A DNA stretch of 64,000 nucleotides from an uncultured Gemmatimonadales bacterium (lineage in GTDB: Bacteria; Gemmatimonadota; Gemmatimonadetes; Gemmatimonadales; GWC2-71-9), in assembly GCA_963730185.1 (NCBI GenBank), contig CAVSQW010000015.1:64001-128000 (forward strand), given 5' to 3'. The notes below the pieces were generated by a model. It was not told the DNA's origin and did not search any database. It saw nothing but the letters and a program-made list of their open reading frames with translations. Positions 51,143 to 64,000 of the stretch are shown here, piece after piece. The position numbers were made by a program, and so were the translations under genes. Within the stretch, counting starts at the first letter, position 1, and every line of letters starts with the position of its first letter.

Positions 51143-51666
51143 TCATCGAGCTGGTCGCGGCGGTGCTGCTCGCGGCGCTGGTGCTCTGGATGGTGGCAGG
51201 CCCCCTGACTGCGGGAGATGCCGGTCGCTCGGCTCCGCTGGACGAGATCGTCCCCGCGGAGGAGACCCGACGGGGTCAAGCGCTCCTGGCGCTCAAGGAC
51301 ATCGACTTCGACCGCGCCACCGGCAAGCTCTCCGAGTCGGACTATGGCCGGCTGCGCGAGAAGTACGTGGCCGAGGCGCTCGACGTGTTGCGGAACGACG
51401 AGGCCGCGGCGGCGCCCCCAACGGCCGATCCGGCCGAGGCCCTGGTGGCCTATCGGGCCCACGTTCTCTCGGGCGGGAACGGCCACCAAGCTACCGTCTG
51501 CCCCAAGTGCGGTCCCCGTCCGGAGGCCGACGCCCTGTTCTGCTCCAGCTGCGGCGAATCGATCGGGGCTGTCGAGCCCTGCGAGTCCTGCGGCGCCAAG
51601 ATGCCCCCGGCCTCCCGGTTCTGTCCCACCTGCGGACAGCGGTCGGAGATCGCGGTCGCCGGGTGA
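51139..51666 (+). CDS. CcmI-like N-terminus fused to a double zinc ribbon
   Basis: TM, ALKDIDFDRATGKLSESDY, four CxxCG motifs. Confidence 0.75.
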   Translation: MIIELVAAVLLAALVLWMVAGPLTAGDAGRSAPLDEIVPAEETRRGQALLALKDIDFDRATGKLSESDYGRLREKYVAEALDVLRNDEAAAAPPTADPAEALVAYRAHVLSGGNGHQATVCPKCGPRPEADALFCSSCGESIGAVEPCESCGAKMPPASRFCPTCGQRSEIAVAG

Positions 51667-51745
51667 TCCGGCGGCCGCGACCGGCCGCGATGTCCATCTC
51701 TCGGTCCGGACTTCCGATAGCGTAGCGCGTTTGGGGCCGGGCCCG

Positions 51746-52984
51746 TCAGTGCATTTCCAGCCGTAGCGCCCCGTTGACCACCGAGTTCTCTCCTCGAATC
51801 AGCCAGTTGGCGCCCGCCAGGTACGCCGAGGCGGCGCCGACGTCGTTGACCGCGTTGCCGACCGGGTCGTCGTTGGTCTGGATGACCGAGGACACCGCCT
51901 TGTAGGCGTAGTAGAGCAAAGGCGCGTACTTGAAGACCTTCTGGGCCGGCGAGAGCGTGCTGTCCTTCCCGGCGGTGAGGCCGCTATAGGCCTGGCTCAC
52001 CTCCTTCAGGAGCCGGCTCGTCCGGGTCGAGTCGATCTTGATCTGGCAGGCCGTGTCGTCGTCCTCCACCACGAAGATCACCAAGCTCTTGCCGGGGTGC
52101 TGCTGGTGGTAGGCGTCGAGCTGGGCCTGGCTGAACAGCATGACACTACCGGTCCAATCCGCCCCATTCTGGTCGAACGTATAGGGACCGCCCGCGTGCT
52201 CACCCGCGCACTGGTAGCTGGTCAGGGCCGAGCCATTCCCGTCCTGTCCCAGTACGTGGATCTCGAACTCCGGGTTGCCCTTGAACCAGCCCTCGAAATC
52301 GTTGGGGATCCGGCTCCGGGTCATGAACAGCCCGCTCCCCGTTGGCCCGGTGGCCACCGACCCGCCCCCGCCCCCGCCGCCGGCGTCGCAGTCCATGAGG
52401 CAGGTCAGTGCCGCGGGCCCGGCGTCGAAGTCCAGCTCGGCCTGACTCACCATGAGGACGGGTGTCTCGGGTGGGCGGTCGGGGTCGAGCCGGCGCTCGT
52501 GGCCCTGGAGGTCGAAGGCAACCGGCGCGTCGTGATCCAGCTCCGCGGTGGCCACCAACAGGTCGGGTCCGCCGCGCCAGTGGGTCCGGTGCGCGGGAAC
52601 GGGGAAGTACATCTCGATGCTTCCGCCCGCGAGGTCCTGGGAAATCCGATCGCCGGCCTCGCTGACCAGGTTCGCCATTTCGCGCCGCTCGGCCCCACCG
52701 TCGGCGTCGAGGAAGGCTTGCAGGTGGACCTTCTGCTCCGGGTAGCGCGAGCCGTTGATCGCCCGGTACACCCGGCCCCGGAAGTCCGGGTCGCGGAGGG
52801 CCCGGGCCATCCGTCGGGCGAAGCGCTCGTGGCGGGCCCGGCTGGTGGCCAGGCTCACCGGGTTATCGGGTGGCGCCTCGATCCGGGCGCCGGGATCGGG
52901 GGCGGTGACCGGACCGTCCGGCCGGGAACAGGCGCCCAGCACCAGGCCGGCGCCGAGGATGAGGGTCCTCGTGAATCGAAACAT
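51746..52984 (-). CDS. Hypothetical lipoprotein
   Basis: SD GGAGGAG, lipobox LGAC, coding-like codon usage; no confident family. Confidence 0.7.
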   Translation of the reverse strand: MFRFTRTLILGAGLVLGACSRPDGPVTAPDPGARIEAPPDNPVSLATSRARHERFARRMARALRDPDFRGRVYRAINGSRYPEQKVHLQAFLDADGGAERREMANLVSEAGDRISQDLAGGSIEMYFPVPAHRTHWRGGPDLLVATAELDHDAPVAFDLQGHERRLDPDRPPETPVLMVSQAELDFDAGPAALTCLMDCDAGGGGGGGSVATGPTGSGLFMTRSRIPNDFEGWFKGNPEFEIHVLGQDGNGSALTSYQCAGEHAGGPYTFDQNGADWTGSVMLFSQAQLDAYHQQHPGKSLVIFVVEDDDTACQIKIDSTRTSRLLKEVSQAYSGLTAGKDSTLSPAQKVFKYAPLLYYAYKAVSSVIQTNDDPVGNAVNDVGAASAYLAGANWLIRGENSVVNGALRLEMH

Positions 52985-53113
52985 GACTCCTCCCGCGGAT
53001 GAGATGGAAGACACGGGCGCGCCCGCTGGGGGGCGGCCGACGTGGCTCCACGGTGCCGAGGGAGGGGGAGAGCGACTGAACCGGGAAAGCGCGAGAGGGC
53101 GCGCCGAAACGCG

Positions 53114-54832
53114 CTACAGCTCGAGGGCCTCGAGCCGCTTGAGGCTCAGATGGAGGGGGTAGAGCGTCGCCGCGGCCGTCAGGAGGAACACCTCGAGGAC
53201 GGAAATCCAGAGCTGGCGCGAGAAAGGATCGGTCTCGAGTCCCATCTGGTAGGTGGCGAGGTGGGCGGAGACCGGCCGGGCCTCGATCGCCACGATCGCG
53301 GCCAGGAGGCCGATCGCGGCCATCATGAACACCAGGCCGCCGAAGCTGGTCGGGATCTGGGCCGCGTTCTCGGTGTCGAATTGCGGATAGAGCACGCCCA
53401 GGCTCAGCGCCAGCGCGCCCGCCGCCATGGTGTACGCGGCGATGGTGATCACGCTCAGGAACATCATGAAGGGCGAGGCGCGGAGGATCCCGTTGGTGAC
53501 CACGGTGATGCTCAGCGCCACCACGAGGAGCGGCGCCGTCCCCACCCAGTACTTGCTCCAGAGCATCTGCTTCAAGTCGAGCGGGCTCGACTTGAGGAGC
53601 CAGAGCTGACGCCCCTCGAGCGAGACCGACGGGAAGATGAACCGGGCCGCGATCGCGGCGAGCACGAAGCCGCCCAGCCCCTGATTGAGGAACACCACCA
53701 GGGTGATCAGCATGTAGGGCACCCGCTCGCCGGTGTAGAGCGGGAGCGCCTGGATGTTGAAGACGTAGACCACCAGCAGGACCGCCAGCAGGATCAGCTG
53801 GCTCCACTGGGTGGTGTCGCGGAAGAAGACCCGGAGGTCCTTGAGGATGAACTCCCGCCGGGTGACCGGCAGGAAAGCGAGCAGCTTGGAGGCGGCGGTC
53901 TGCCAGCCCGTGCCGGCGACGAACTTGTCGGCGCCTTCCTGCGCCTTGGAGAACCCGCCTGGATAGAGCCGGCTGTGGAGCGACGCGCCCATCACGATGA
54001 AGGCCGCCACGGTGGTCCAGAGCAGGACCAGCGGCAGCGGATCGGCCACCCGCTCGAGCCAGTTCATGATGGCGTTGGCGGCCCACTCGCTCGGCAGGAG
54101 CGGATGGGTGGGTGTCTTGAGGTCGGCCACGAAGTCCACCAGGCTTCGGAAGCCCTCGGGACGCGACAACCGCTCCGGGCGGAGAAACCGGAGGAAGAGC
54201 ACCACGCCGCCCACCGTCCCGATGGCGACCAGGCTCAGGAGGTCGCGAGTCCGGCGGGCTGGAAAGACGTTGACCAGCACCAGCGTGATGGCCGAGCCCA
54301 CCACCGTGGGGAGGAGGAAGAGCGGCACCAGGGCGCCGATCGCGGCCAGCGGAAAGAGGGGGCCGCCGTGATACACCACGGCGTACGCGGTGAGGATCGG
54401 GACCAGCATCAGCGCCACCATCCACGACGAGTGGATCGCGGTCTCCCAGAGCTTGGCCAGGTACAGGCGAGCCCAGTCGACCGGCGCCGAGGCCAGCATG
54501 TCGAGGTCCTTCGCGAGGAAGAACACCGAGAGGGCCGTGACCAGGTTCGAGAGCAGCAGGATCGACCCGAAGGCCAGCAGGATCATGCTGAGGATCTTGC
54601 CGGCCAGCAGCGCGCCGATGTCAGGCGTGGTGCCGAGGTACTTGAGCACCCGGTAGAAGACCCCGAAGGCGCCGAGCCAGAAGCCGCCCCCGATCAGCAC
54701 CAGGAGGAGGACGCGGGTGCCCGTGCCGGAGCGCTCCCGGGTGAGCCGGGCCACGACGCTCCGCCACTTGGGGAAGAGGATCTGGCGGATCCCCGCGCCC
54801 CGGACCGCCCGCTCAGCTTCCGAGAACGGCAT
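53114..54832 (-). CDS. ABC-2-type exporter permease
   Basis: Multiple TM segments, KDLRVFFRD, SVSLEGRQLWLLKSSP; follows an ABC ATPase. Confidence 0.85.
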   Translation of the reverse strand: MPFSEAERAVRGAGIRQILFPKWRSVVARLTRERSGTGTRVLLLVLIGGGFWLGAFGVFYRVLKYLGTTPDIGALLAGKILSMILLAFGSILLLSNLVTALSVFFLAKDLDMLASAPVDWARLYLAKLWETAIHSSWMVALMLVPILTAYAVVYHGGPLFPLAAIGALVPLFLLPTVVGSAITLVLVNVFPARRTRDLLSLVAIGTVGGVVLFLRFLRPERLSRPEGFRSLVDFVADLKTPTHPLLPSEWAANAIMNWLERVADPLPLVLLWTTVAAFIVMGASLHSRLYPGGFSKAQEGADKFVAGTGWQTAASKLLAFLPVTRREFILKDLRVFFRDTTQWSQLILLAVLLVVYVFNIQALPLYTGERVPYMLITLVVFLNQGLGGFVLAAIAARFIFPSVSLEGRQLWLLKSSPLDLKQMLWSKYWVGTAPLLVVALSITVVTNGILRASPFMMFLSVITIAAYTMAAGALALSLGVLYPQFDTENAAQIPTSFGGLVFMMAAIGLLAAIVAIEARPVSAHLATYQMGLETDPFSRQLWISVLEVFLLTAAATLYPLHLSLKRLEALEL

Positions 54833-55571
54833 CGAGCTCCCGCTCGTTGAGGCCGCCGGTGAGCTTGAGGAAGAGCTCCTCGAGGCTGGCGTCGCCCGAT
54901 TCGGTCTGGACTCGGATCTCGGCCATCGTCCCGGCCGCCACGACCTGGCCACCGAACACGATCCCGATCCGGTCGCACATCACCTCGGCCACCTCCAGGG
55001 TGTGAGTGCTCATCAGGACCGTGCCGCCCCGGTCCACGAAGTGGCGGAACAGCTCCTTCAGCAGTCGCGAGCTCTTCGGGTCGAGCCCCACCATCGGCTC
55101 GTCGACCACGATCACTTCGGGACGGTGCACCAGTGCGCTCGAGATGATCAGCTTCTGTCGCATGCCGTGACTGTACGACTCGGTCAACTCGTTCTTCCAG
55201 GGCGTGAGCTCGAAGAGCTCGAGCAGCTCGTCGATCCGCTTCTCGACGTCGGCCCCGCCCTGATCGTAGAGGCCCGCGACGAAACGCAGGAACTCGGCCC
55301 CGGTGAGCTTGTCGTAGACGAACGGCCGGTCCGGAATGAAGCCGAGCCGCGCCTTGGCCTGCATTGGCTGGCGGACCACGTCGAAGCCGGCCACCGTCAC
55401 CCGCCCGGAGGTGGGCCGGAGGATCCCGGCGATCATCCGCATGGTGGTGGTCTTGCCGGCCCCGTTCGGCCCGAGGAGGCCGTACAAGGTGCCCTTCGGG
55501 ATCTCGAGGGAGATGCCGTTCACGGCGGTGAACTTGCCGTAGCGCTTGGTGAGGTCTTCGAGGCTGATCAT
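54813..55571 (-). CDS. ABC transporter ATP-binding protein
   Basis: GPNGAGKTT, YSHGMRQK, VVDEPMVGLD. Confidence 0.95.
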   Translation of the reverse strand: MISLEDLTKRYGKFTAVNGISLEIPKGTLYGLLGPNGAGKTTTMRMIAGILRPTSGRVTVAGFDVVRQPMQAKARLGFIPDRPFVYDKLTGAEFLRFVAGLYDQGGADVEKRIDELLELFELTPWKNELTESYSHGMRQKLIISSALVHRPEVIVVDEPMVGLDPKSSRLLKELFRHFVDRGGTVLMSTHTLEVAEVMCDRIGIVFGGQVVAAGTMAEIRVQTESGDASLEELFLKLTGGLNERELDAVLGS

Positions 55572-57121
55572 GGCGACGTCACGGGTGAACCGGCCGCGAA
55601 GCGGGCCGAGCCGAGCAGGGGAACCAGGTCGATGGCGTGGCCCGTCCCGCCCACCTGCGCCCGGACCAGGCTGGTGGGCGCCGGGACCGTGCCGAAGGTG
55701 GGGTCGACCGCCACCCAGCCGTCGAGCCAGACCTCGGCCCAGGCGTGCCCGTAGGGACGGCCGCGAACGAACGCGAGACCGCTCACCGGGCGGGCGGTGA
55801 GATCGAGGGCCCGGGCCATGTCCACCAGCAGCCGGGCGTGACCCTCGGCGCCGGCTTCGGCTGCCGCGAGGACGTGGGCGGGCAGGGTCGGAGCGGTCGG
55901 ATCGGTCGTGATCCGGATCGACCGGGCGGTCCAGGCGGTGAGGCGGCGGACCATTTCCCTGGGGTCGCGGGTGCCGGCCACGATGGCCCGGGCCCGAGCG
56001 GCCACCGCGGCGTCCGTGGTGGGTGGCGGGTCGAGATACTCGCTGTGGTCCGGGCGTCCCTCGGCGGCGGGCGCCTCCGCCCGTTGACGGACCTCCAACC
56101 GGTTTCCGGAGGCTCGCTGCCGACCGCCGTCCAGCCAGGCCACCCGGGGGAGAAGGAACCGCTCCACGGACGCGCCGGTGACGTCGAGGCTCTCCGGGGC
56201 GGTGCCCGGACTGGGACGGAGCCCCGCCTCGAGCAGGTTCTCCATCCCGGGGACCGCGCGGAGCTTGCCCGGGCCACCGGCCTCGAGCACCCCCCGATAG
56301 TTGAGGGTCACCAGCTCGAAGGCCGAGCGCTGGAGTCGGACGCCGAGGGCGGCTTCGGTGCTTACCAGGCCACCAGAGCGGTCGACCCAGGTGACCGTCG
56401 GACTGCCGAGCGCGGTGTGCTCGATCCGGAAGGCTCGCACGGTATCGTAGGTCACCGGAACCCAGCGATGGCTTGGTCGCCGTTCCACCGCGCTGTCGGC
56501 CACTACGAAGGTGGACTCGGCCGTGGCCCGGAACTCGACCCGGTCGACCGTCCCGGTGTTCAGGTCGAAGACGTTCGCCTTGACCGACCGCCCGACCTCG
56601 AGGCGCTGGCTGAAGGCCAGGCGGTAGGGCAGGACTTCGGGCAGCACCACGTCACCGGGAAGCGGCAGGGACCATTCGACCGCGGTCGAGTCCCGGGCGT
56701 CGCGCTGATGGAGCCGGAAGATCGAATCGCCCTCGATCCTGCCGCCCAACTCCTCGTAGAGGCCGCCGCCGGTCACGGTCCGGAGGAAGCGGCGGAGGCG
56801 GAGGCTTCGGGAGAGCTCCACCGTGGTCCGGCGGGTAACTCTTCGAGTCGAGTCGGCTTCGGGAATGTCGAGCGCCATCACCTCGGCCAGGCGGAAGCCG
56901 ATCTCGGTGGTGTCGACGGTCAGGCTGGCGTAGCCGATCTGGGTGCCGCCCGCCTCGACCGCGTAGAAGTGCGCTTCGGGGCTGAGTCGGAGGGTGGCCT
57001 CGGCGATGATCTGCGACTCGTCCTTACCCAGCTCCCGGCGGGCCAGCCACGCAAGGGCGACCGCCCAGGCGAGCATCACCAGTCGGGCGCCGGTTCGGCG
57101 GTTCAGGGCTCCGACTCTCAC
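55568..57121 (-). CDS. Transglutaminase-like domain protein, catalytic Cys apparently absent
   Basis: HAWAEVW and VDPTFG motifs; 'AGAEGHA' in place of GxCxxxA; GTG start overlaps the TPR gene stop. Confidence 0.75.
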   Translation of the reverse strand: MRVGALNRRTGARLVMLAWAVALAWLARRELGKDESQIIAEATLRLSPEAHFYAVEAGGTQIGYASLTVDTTEIGFRLAEVMALDIPEADSTRRVTRRTTVELSRSLRLRRFLRTVTGGGLYEELGGRIEGDSIFRLHQRDARDSTAVEWSLPLPGDVVLPEVLPYRLAFSQRLEVGRSVKANVFDLNTGTVDRVEFRATAESTFVVADSAVERRPSHRWVPVTYDTVRAFRIEHTALGSPTVTWVDRSGGLVSTEAALGVRLQRSAFELVTLNYRGVLEAGGPGKLRAVPGMENLLEAGLRPSPGTAPESLDVTGASVERFLLPRVAWLDGGRQRASGNRLEVRQRAEAPAAEGRPDHSEYLDPPPTTDAAVAARARAIVAGTRDPREMVRRLTAWTARSIRITTDPTAPTLPAHVLAAAEAGAEGHARLLVDMARALDLTARPVSGLAFVRGRPYGHAWAEVWLDGWVAVDPTFGTVPAPTSLVRAQVGGTGHAIDLVPLLGSARFAAGSPVTSP

Positions 57122-57912
57122 GCGCTGCTGATCTCCCGCGCTCGTCGATGCATAGCCATCGCGTCGTCGCTCCGTCCCAACCGGTCGAAGAGGCGGCCCA
57201 TCAACGTCCAGGGCCGAGGATCCTTGGGGTGCCGGGCGGCCACCCCCTCGAGGATGGTCAGCGCCTCGTCGGTCGCCCCGGTCACGCTCAGGGCTTCGCC
57301 CAATGCAAGGCCCGCGTCCGGGTCGTCGGGTGCGAGCCTCACCGCTTGACGAAGGACCGGCACCGCGTCGTCGGGCACCCCCCGACGCAATCGGGTGGAT
57401 CCGAGATAACGGTATGCCAGCCAATAATTTGGGTCGCTCCTGGCCGCCGCCTGGAGATCCCGCTCGGCCTCCGCCGTACGCCCCTGCTGTGCATGGAATG
57501 CGCCACGGGCGGTGAGGAGATCGGCCCGGTTCGGGGTCCGGGCCAGGGCGGCCGTCAGGTGCTCGATCGCGGCCTCGAGTTCGCCGGTCCGGGCCAGCGC
57601 TTCGGCCAACAGGGCCCGGCTGGGGACGTCGTCGGGCCGCTGGTCCACGGCCTGCTCCAGCACCAGGATCGCCTCCAGCCGGCGCCCCCGTTCCAGCAGG
57701 GCTCTCGCGCTGGCGAGCGGCCGGTCGACCGGGGCGGTGCCGGAGGGAATCTCGGGACCCAGAAACGGCGCCGGCACGTCCCGGCCGAAGAGCCGGAGGG
57801 AGCTGATGGCGTCGGGAGTGGGGACGAGGACGTCGCCTTCGAGCCGAACGGGGTCGAAGCCCTGCAGGCTCGCCGGGTCGGGCTGGGCGCCGCGGGAGTG
57901 GGAGAGGCGCAT
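57118..57912 (-). CDS. Tetratricopeptide repeat protein
   Basis: Repeated helical TPR pattern (A...LG..L...G...EA...L..A....P). Confidence 0.85.
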   Translation of the reverse strand: MRLSHSRGAQPDPASLQGFDPVRLEGDVLVPTPDAISSLRLFGRDVPAPFLGPEIPSGTAPVDRPLASARALLERGRRLEAILVLEQAVDQRPDDVPSRALLAEALARTGELEAAIEHLTAALARTPNRADLLTARGAFHAQQGRTAEAERDLQAAARSDPNYWLAYRYLGSTRLRRGVPDDAVPVLRQAVRLAPDDPDAGLALGEALSVTGATDEALTILEGVAARHPKDPRPWTLMGRLFDRLGRSDDAMAMHRRAREISSA

Positions 57913-57979
57913 GGAGGGGAAGATAGCCTACCCCCTCCAACTTGAACCCCGTCGGATCTCGCCCTTACCTTCCGGGGCT

Positions 57980-60901
<2,922 letters not shown>

Positions 60902-60979
60902 CGTCCCGACCCCGGGGGGCCCGGCCCGAGACTTGCCCGGTCCTCGAACGGCATTGACCTCGACCAGCGAGCGAGCCCG

Positions 60980-62086
60980 ATGGGTGTGCTGACCTGGATT
61001 CTGATCGTGATCGGCCTCGGGGTGCTCTTCCTCGTGGGACAGGGCATCTACCTCTCGGCCGTGCTGTCCTGGGAGCAGGAAAAGACCAAGGGACTGGGGT
61101 ACTACGGTCTCTCGCCGGCCGAGCGGGAGCGCTTCAAGCGGACGTTGCGCCGCCATACCCGGTTGCTGAGTCCGATCCTCTCGATCCTCAGCCAGTCGAA
61201 CAAGCTCGATTTCAAGAAGATCAGCTTTCGCTATCGGGGCGTGGCCGGGCCGGGCGGGACCTGCAGCGAGGCTAGCTTTGCCCGGGCGGCGGAGTACCAG
61301 GCCCGTCCCGAAGACGTCTTCGTCGCGACCCAGATGAAGTGCGGGACCACCTGGATGCAGCACGTGGTCTTTCAGGTGTTGACCCGGGGCCAAGGCGACC
61401 TGGTGGGTGCCGGCCAGACCCTCTACTCGGTGTCGCCCTGGATCGAGGGACTCAAGAGCGTGTCGATGGAGGAGGCGCCGCTGATTGGGACCGAGCGCCC
61501 GTCCCGGATCATCAAGACCCATCTTCCCGCCCAGCTCTGTCCGGCCAGTCCGGCGGCGCGCTACCTCTACGTCGCCCGCCATCCGGTGTCGTGCCTCGCC
61601 AGCTGCGTCGACTTCGTGGCGACCAACGCCGGCGGGATGACGCCGGACCTGGCGGTGTTCGAGGAGTGGTTCACGTCGCCCGAGCTGATGTGGTGGGGCA
61701 CCTGGCCGGACCACGTGAAGGGCTGGTGGGAGCGGGGGACCCGCGACGCCAACGTGCTGTTCGTGTTCTTCGAGGACATGAAGCGCGACCTCGCCGCCAC
61801 GGTGCGTCAGGTCGCCGAGTTCCTCGGCGTGGCCCCACTCACCGAGGCCGAGCTGGCGCAGGTGGTGGAAAAGTGCAGCTTCAAGTACATGCAGCGGCAC
61901 CAGGACGCCTTCGAGATGACGCCGCCCCACGTCCTCCAGACCCGGGCCGAGCTGTTTGTCCGGGGTACCGCCGACCGCCACCTCGACGTGCCGGAGGAGG
62001 TCCGCATCCGGGTCCTGGCCTGGTGCCGCGAGATCACCCGGACCAGCGATGCCCCGCTGGCCCGGGTCTATCCCGAGCTGGGCTAG
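60980..62086 (+). CDS. PAPS-dependent sulfotransferase with N-terminal membrane anchor
   Basis: RPEDVFVATQMKCGTTW (5'-PSB), IIKTHLP, YVARHP, FEDMKRD. Confidence 0.88.
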   Translation: MGVLTWILIVIGLGVLFLVGQGIYLSAVLSWEQEKTKGLGYYGLSPAERERFKRTLRRHTRLLSPILSILSQSNKLDFKKISFRYRGVAGPGGTCSEASFARAAEYQARPEDVFVATQMKCGTTWMQHVVFQVLTRGQGDLVGAGQTLYSVSPWIEGLKSVSMEEAPLIGTERPSRIIKTHLPAQLCPASPAARYLYVARHPVSCLASCVDFVATNAGGMTPDLAVFEEWFTSPELMWWGTWPDHVKGWWERGTRDANVLFVFFEDMKRDLAATVRQVAEFLGVAPLTEAELAQVVEKCSFKYMQRHQDAFEMTPPHVLQTRAELFVRGTADRHLDVPEEVRIRVLAWCREITRTSDAPLARVYPELG

Positions 62087-64000
62087 CTCGTCGTGGCCAC
62101 CTTGGCCTTGGCCTGCCGGGCCTTGAGGTGCTTCTCCATGTCGATCCGCGGGACGCCGTGCTCGATCCAGTCCGCCGCGGGGAGCCCGCGGATGTAGTGG
62201 TCGAAATACTCCTCCATCCGGAGGGTGTAGTCCTTCATGTTCTTGGGCACCCGAAGGCCGTGGTTCTCGCCCACGTATTGGAGCAGGATCACGTTCTTCT
62301 CCAGCTCCCGCAGGGTGTTGAACCAGGTGATGCCCTGGTTGAAGTCCACCGCCCCGTCGTGCTCGTTGTGGAGGATCATCACGTTCGTCTGGACCTGATC
62401 CGAGTGGAACGCCGGCGAGTTCCGGATGTAGGCGTCGTAATTCTCCAGGAAGTTGCCCTTGAACCGGCCCTGGCTCGACTCGAAGATCGCCATGTCGGCC
62501 GTGCCGGTGTTCCAGTAGATCGACGAGTACATGCTCACCATGTCGGTGAGCGGCGCCCCGGCGATGATCCCCTTGAACATCGTCCCGGTCTGGGTCGCCA
62601 GGAAGGCCGACTGGTAGCCACCCCACGAATGCCCGTGGAGGCCGACCCGGTCCGGATCGACGATCCCCGTGGCGATCGCCGCCTTGACCGCCGGCACCAC
62701 GCACCACACCGCCGACATCCCGGGGTCATTGACCCGGTAGACGATGTCGGGCATCAGCACCGCGTAGCCGCGTGAGGTGAAGACGCTCGGGTTGAAGGCC
62801 CGGGTCTCGTTCGGCACCGCGTACTGGTGGAGCATCTGCGAGAGCTTCTCGTAGATGTAGACGATGGTCGGGTACCTCTTGCCCTCCTGATAGTTGGCCG
62901 GCAGGAAGAGGGCCCCCTGGAGGGTGTCGCCTTTGGCGCTGACATAGTCGACCAGCCGGGCCCCCGAGGACCAGGCGTAGTCCTTCTGCTCGGGATTGGC
63001 GTCGGTCAGCCGCCGGGCCGGCTTGAAGCTCCGGTCGGCCAGCCAGTAGTCGGGGAACTCGACGTTGGTCTGCCGGGTGTAGACCCAGGTGTCGGCGGTC
63101 TTGGCCCGGGTGAAGTCGTAGGCGGCGTCGTCCCACGCCAGGACCTGGACGCCGGCTTTGCCGGGCTGAATCCGACCCAGCCCCTCCTTCTTGGTGCGCT
63201 CGCCATAGAGGTTGAGGTAGAGCGGCTGCTTGAGGTCGATGCCCTTCTCGTCGGGATCGATCACCACCCGGGTGCGGTAGCGGATGCCGTCTTTCCGCCC
63301 GTTGACGGTGAGGTTGGTGACCGGGCCGCCGGCGGCCGATGCCACCCAGATGTCCCAGTTGTCGCGAAGCAGCACGTGGGCGTTGTCCGCCGCCCAGCCC
63401 AGGGCCGGGACGGGGGGCCGGTCTACGTTGTGGTCGTCCTCGACGTTCACGAAGGTGGTGGGAGCGCCCTGGGTGAGGTTGACCGAGCGTTTGGTCTGGA
63501 AATCGTAGACGTGGTACTGGCCGTCGTCGTAGAACAGGACCTTGGTCCCGTCCGGCGACGGGGTGGGGTTGTAGCGCGCCGCCTCGAGGATCAGCGCCTT
63601 CCCTCCCGTGGTGACGTCGACGGCGTACAGGTCCTGTCGCCGGCCGCCGTCGATCTCGTCGCGTCGCTCGTAGGCTCGCCGGTCGGTGCCGATGGCCCAG
63701 CGCCCCGGGGCGCGAGCTCCACGTCGCGGAGCTCGTCGGTGGCCAGCCGGAGATAGCGGTGATCGGCGAGACGATAGGCGCTGAGGTACGAGAACTGCTG
63801 GTCGCGCTTCTCCTGCACTTCCTGCTGCGACTGGAGCCGGTCGTCCGCCTTGCCGTGCCAGATCACGAGCGTGGGCAGGTCGTCGTCTTGGTCGCCGACC
63901 GGGGTCGACTGCATCGCCCCTGGGGTGCCGGCCACCGGCTTGACGTCGGGTCGGCCGTGCTTCGACTCCTTCTCGGTTCGCCGCTCCGAGATCCCGAAGA
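62083..64000 (-). CDS. S9 prolyl-oligopeptidase-family peptidase, 5'-partial, frameshift near 63700
   Basis: GHSWGGY nucleophile, DGAVD, ENHGL; beta-propeller region continues in ORF 63591-63935. Confidence 0.9.
   Translation of the reverse strand, partial: LRDLGAANREGVEARPTRRQAGGRHPRGDAVDPGRRPRRRPAHARDLARQGGRPAPVAAGSAGEARPAVLVPQRLSSRRSPLSPAGHRRAPRRGARAPGRWAIGTDRRAYERRDEIDGGRRQDLYAVDVTTGGKALILEAARYNPTPSPDGTKVLFYDDGQYHVYDFQTKRSVNLTQGAPTTFVNVEDDHNVDRPPVPALGWAADNAHVLLRDNWDIWVASAAGGPVTNLTVNGRKDGIRYRTRVVIDPDEKGIDLKQPLYLNLYGERTKKEGLGRIQPGKAGVQVLAWDDAAYDFTRAKTADTWVYTRQTNVEFPDYWLADRSFKPARRLTDANPEQKDYAWSSGARLVDYVSAKGDTLQGALFLPANYQEGKRYPTIVYIYEKLSQMLHQYAVPNETRAFNPSVFTSRGYAVLMPDIVYRVNDPGMSAVWCVVPAVKAAIATGIVDPDRVGLHGHSWGGYQSAFLATQTGTMFKGIIAGAPLTDMVSMYSSIYWNTGTADMAIFESSQGRFKGNFLENYDAYIRNSPAFHSDQVQTNVMILHNEHDGAVDFNQGITWFNTLRELEKNVILLQYVGENHGLRVPKNMKDYTLRMEEYFDHYIRGLPAADWIEHGVPRIDMEKHLKARQAKAKVATTS

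Overview
High-GC bacterial chromosomal window. Gene content and style suggest Gemmatimonadota, which is an inference and not shown by the sequence. The right two-thirds (20-64 kb) is mostly recognisable: a CzcCBA/CusCBA-type RND efflux operon with a DUF2946-like leader, a rhodanese/YeeE-YedE/sulfurase cluster, mgtA, an HDOD protein, norCBQD, recF-dciA-msrB-gyrB, glpK, ccmEFH, an ABC transporter/transglutaminase/TPR operon, uvrA, a sulfotransferase and a partial S9 peptidase. Several genes, including the essential gyrB, carry single-base frameshifts, so indel-type assembly errors are likely throughout. The standout is 4.5-20 kb: four tandem cassettes, each a DUF4876-like lipoprotein gene converging tail-to-tail on a small secreted six-cysteine, defensin-like peptide gene that sits downstream of a CPYC thioredoxin-like gene (full-length or truncated). 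The 5' halves of the paired genes are near-identical between cassettes, while their adjacent 3' halves vary together. The array precedes a TonB-dependent receptor and a DUF6850-like beta-barrel, and the locus is bracketed by palindromic REP-like elements. It looks like a polymorphic peptide / cognate surface-lipoprotein system diversified by cassette exchange; that function is a hypothesis. Family names come from recognising motifs by eye, with no database search.
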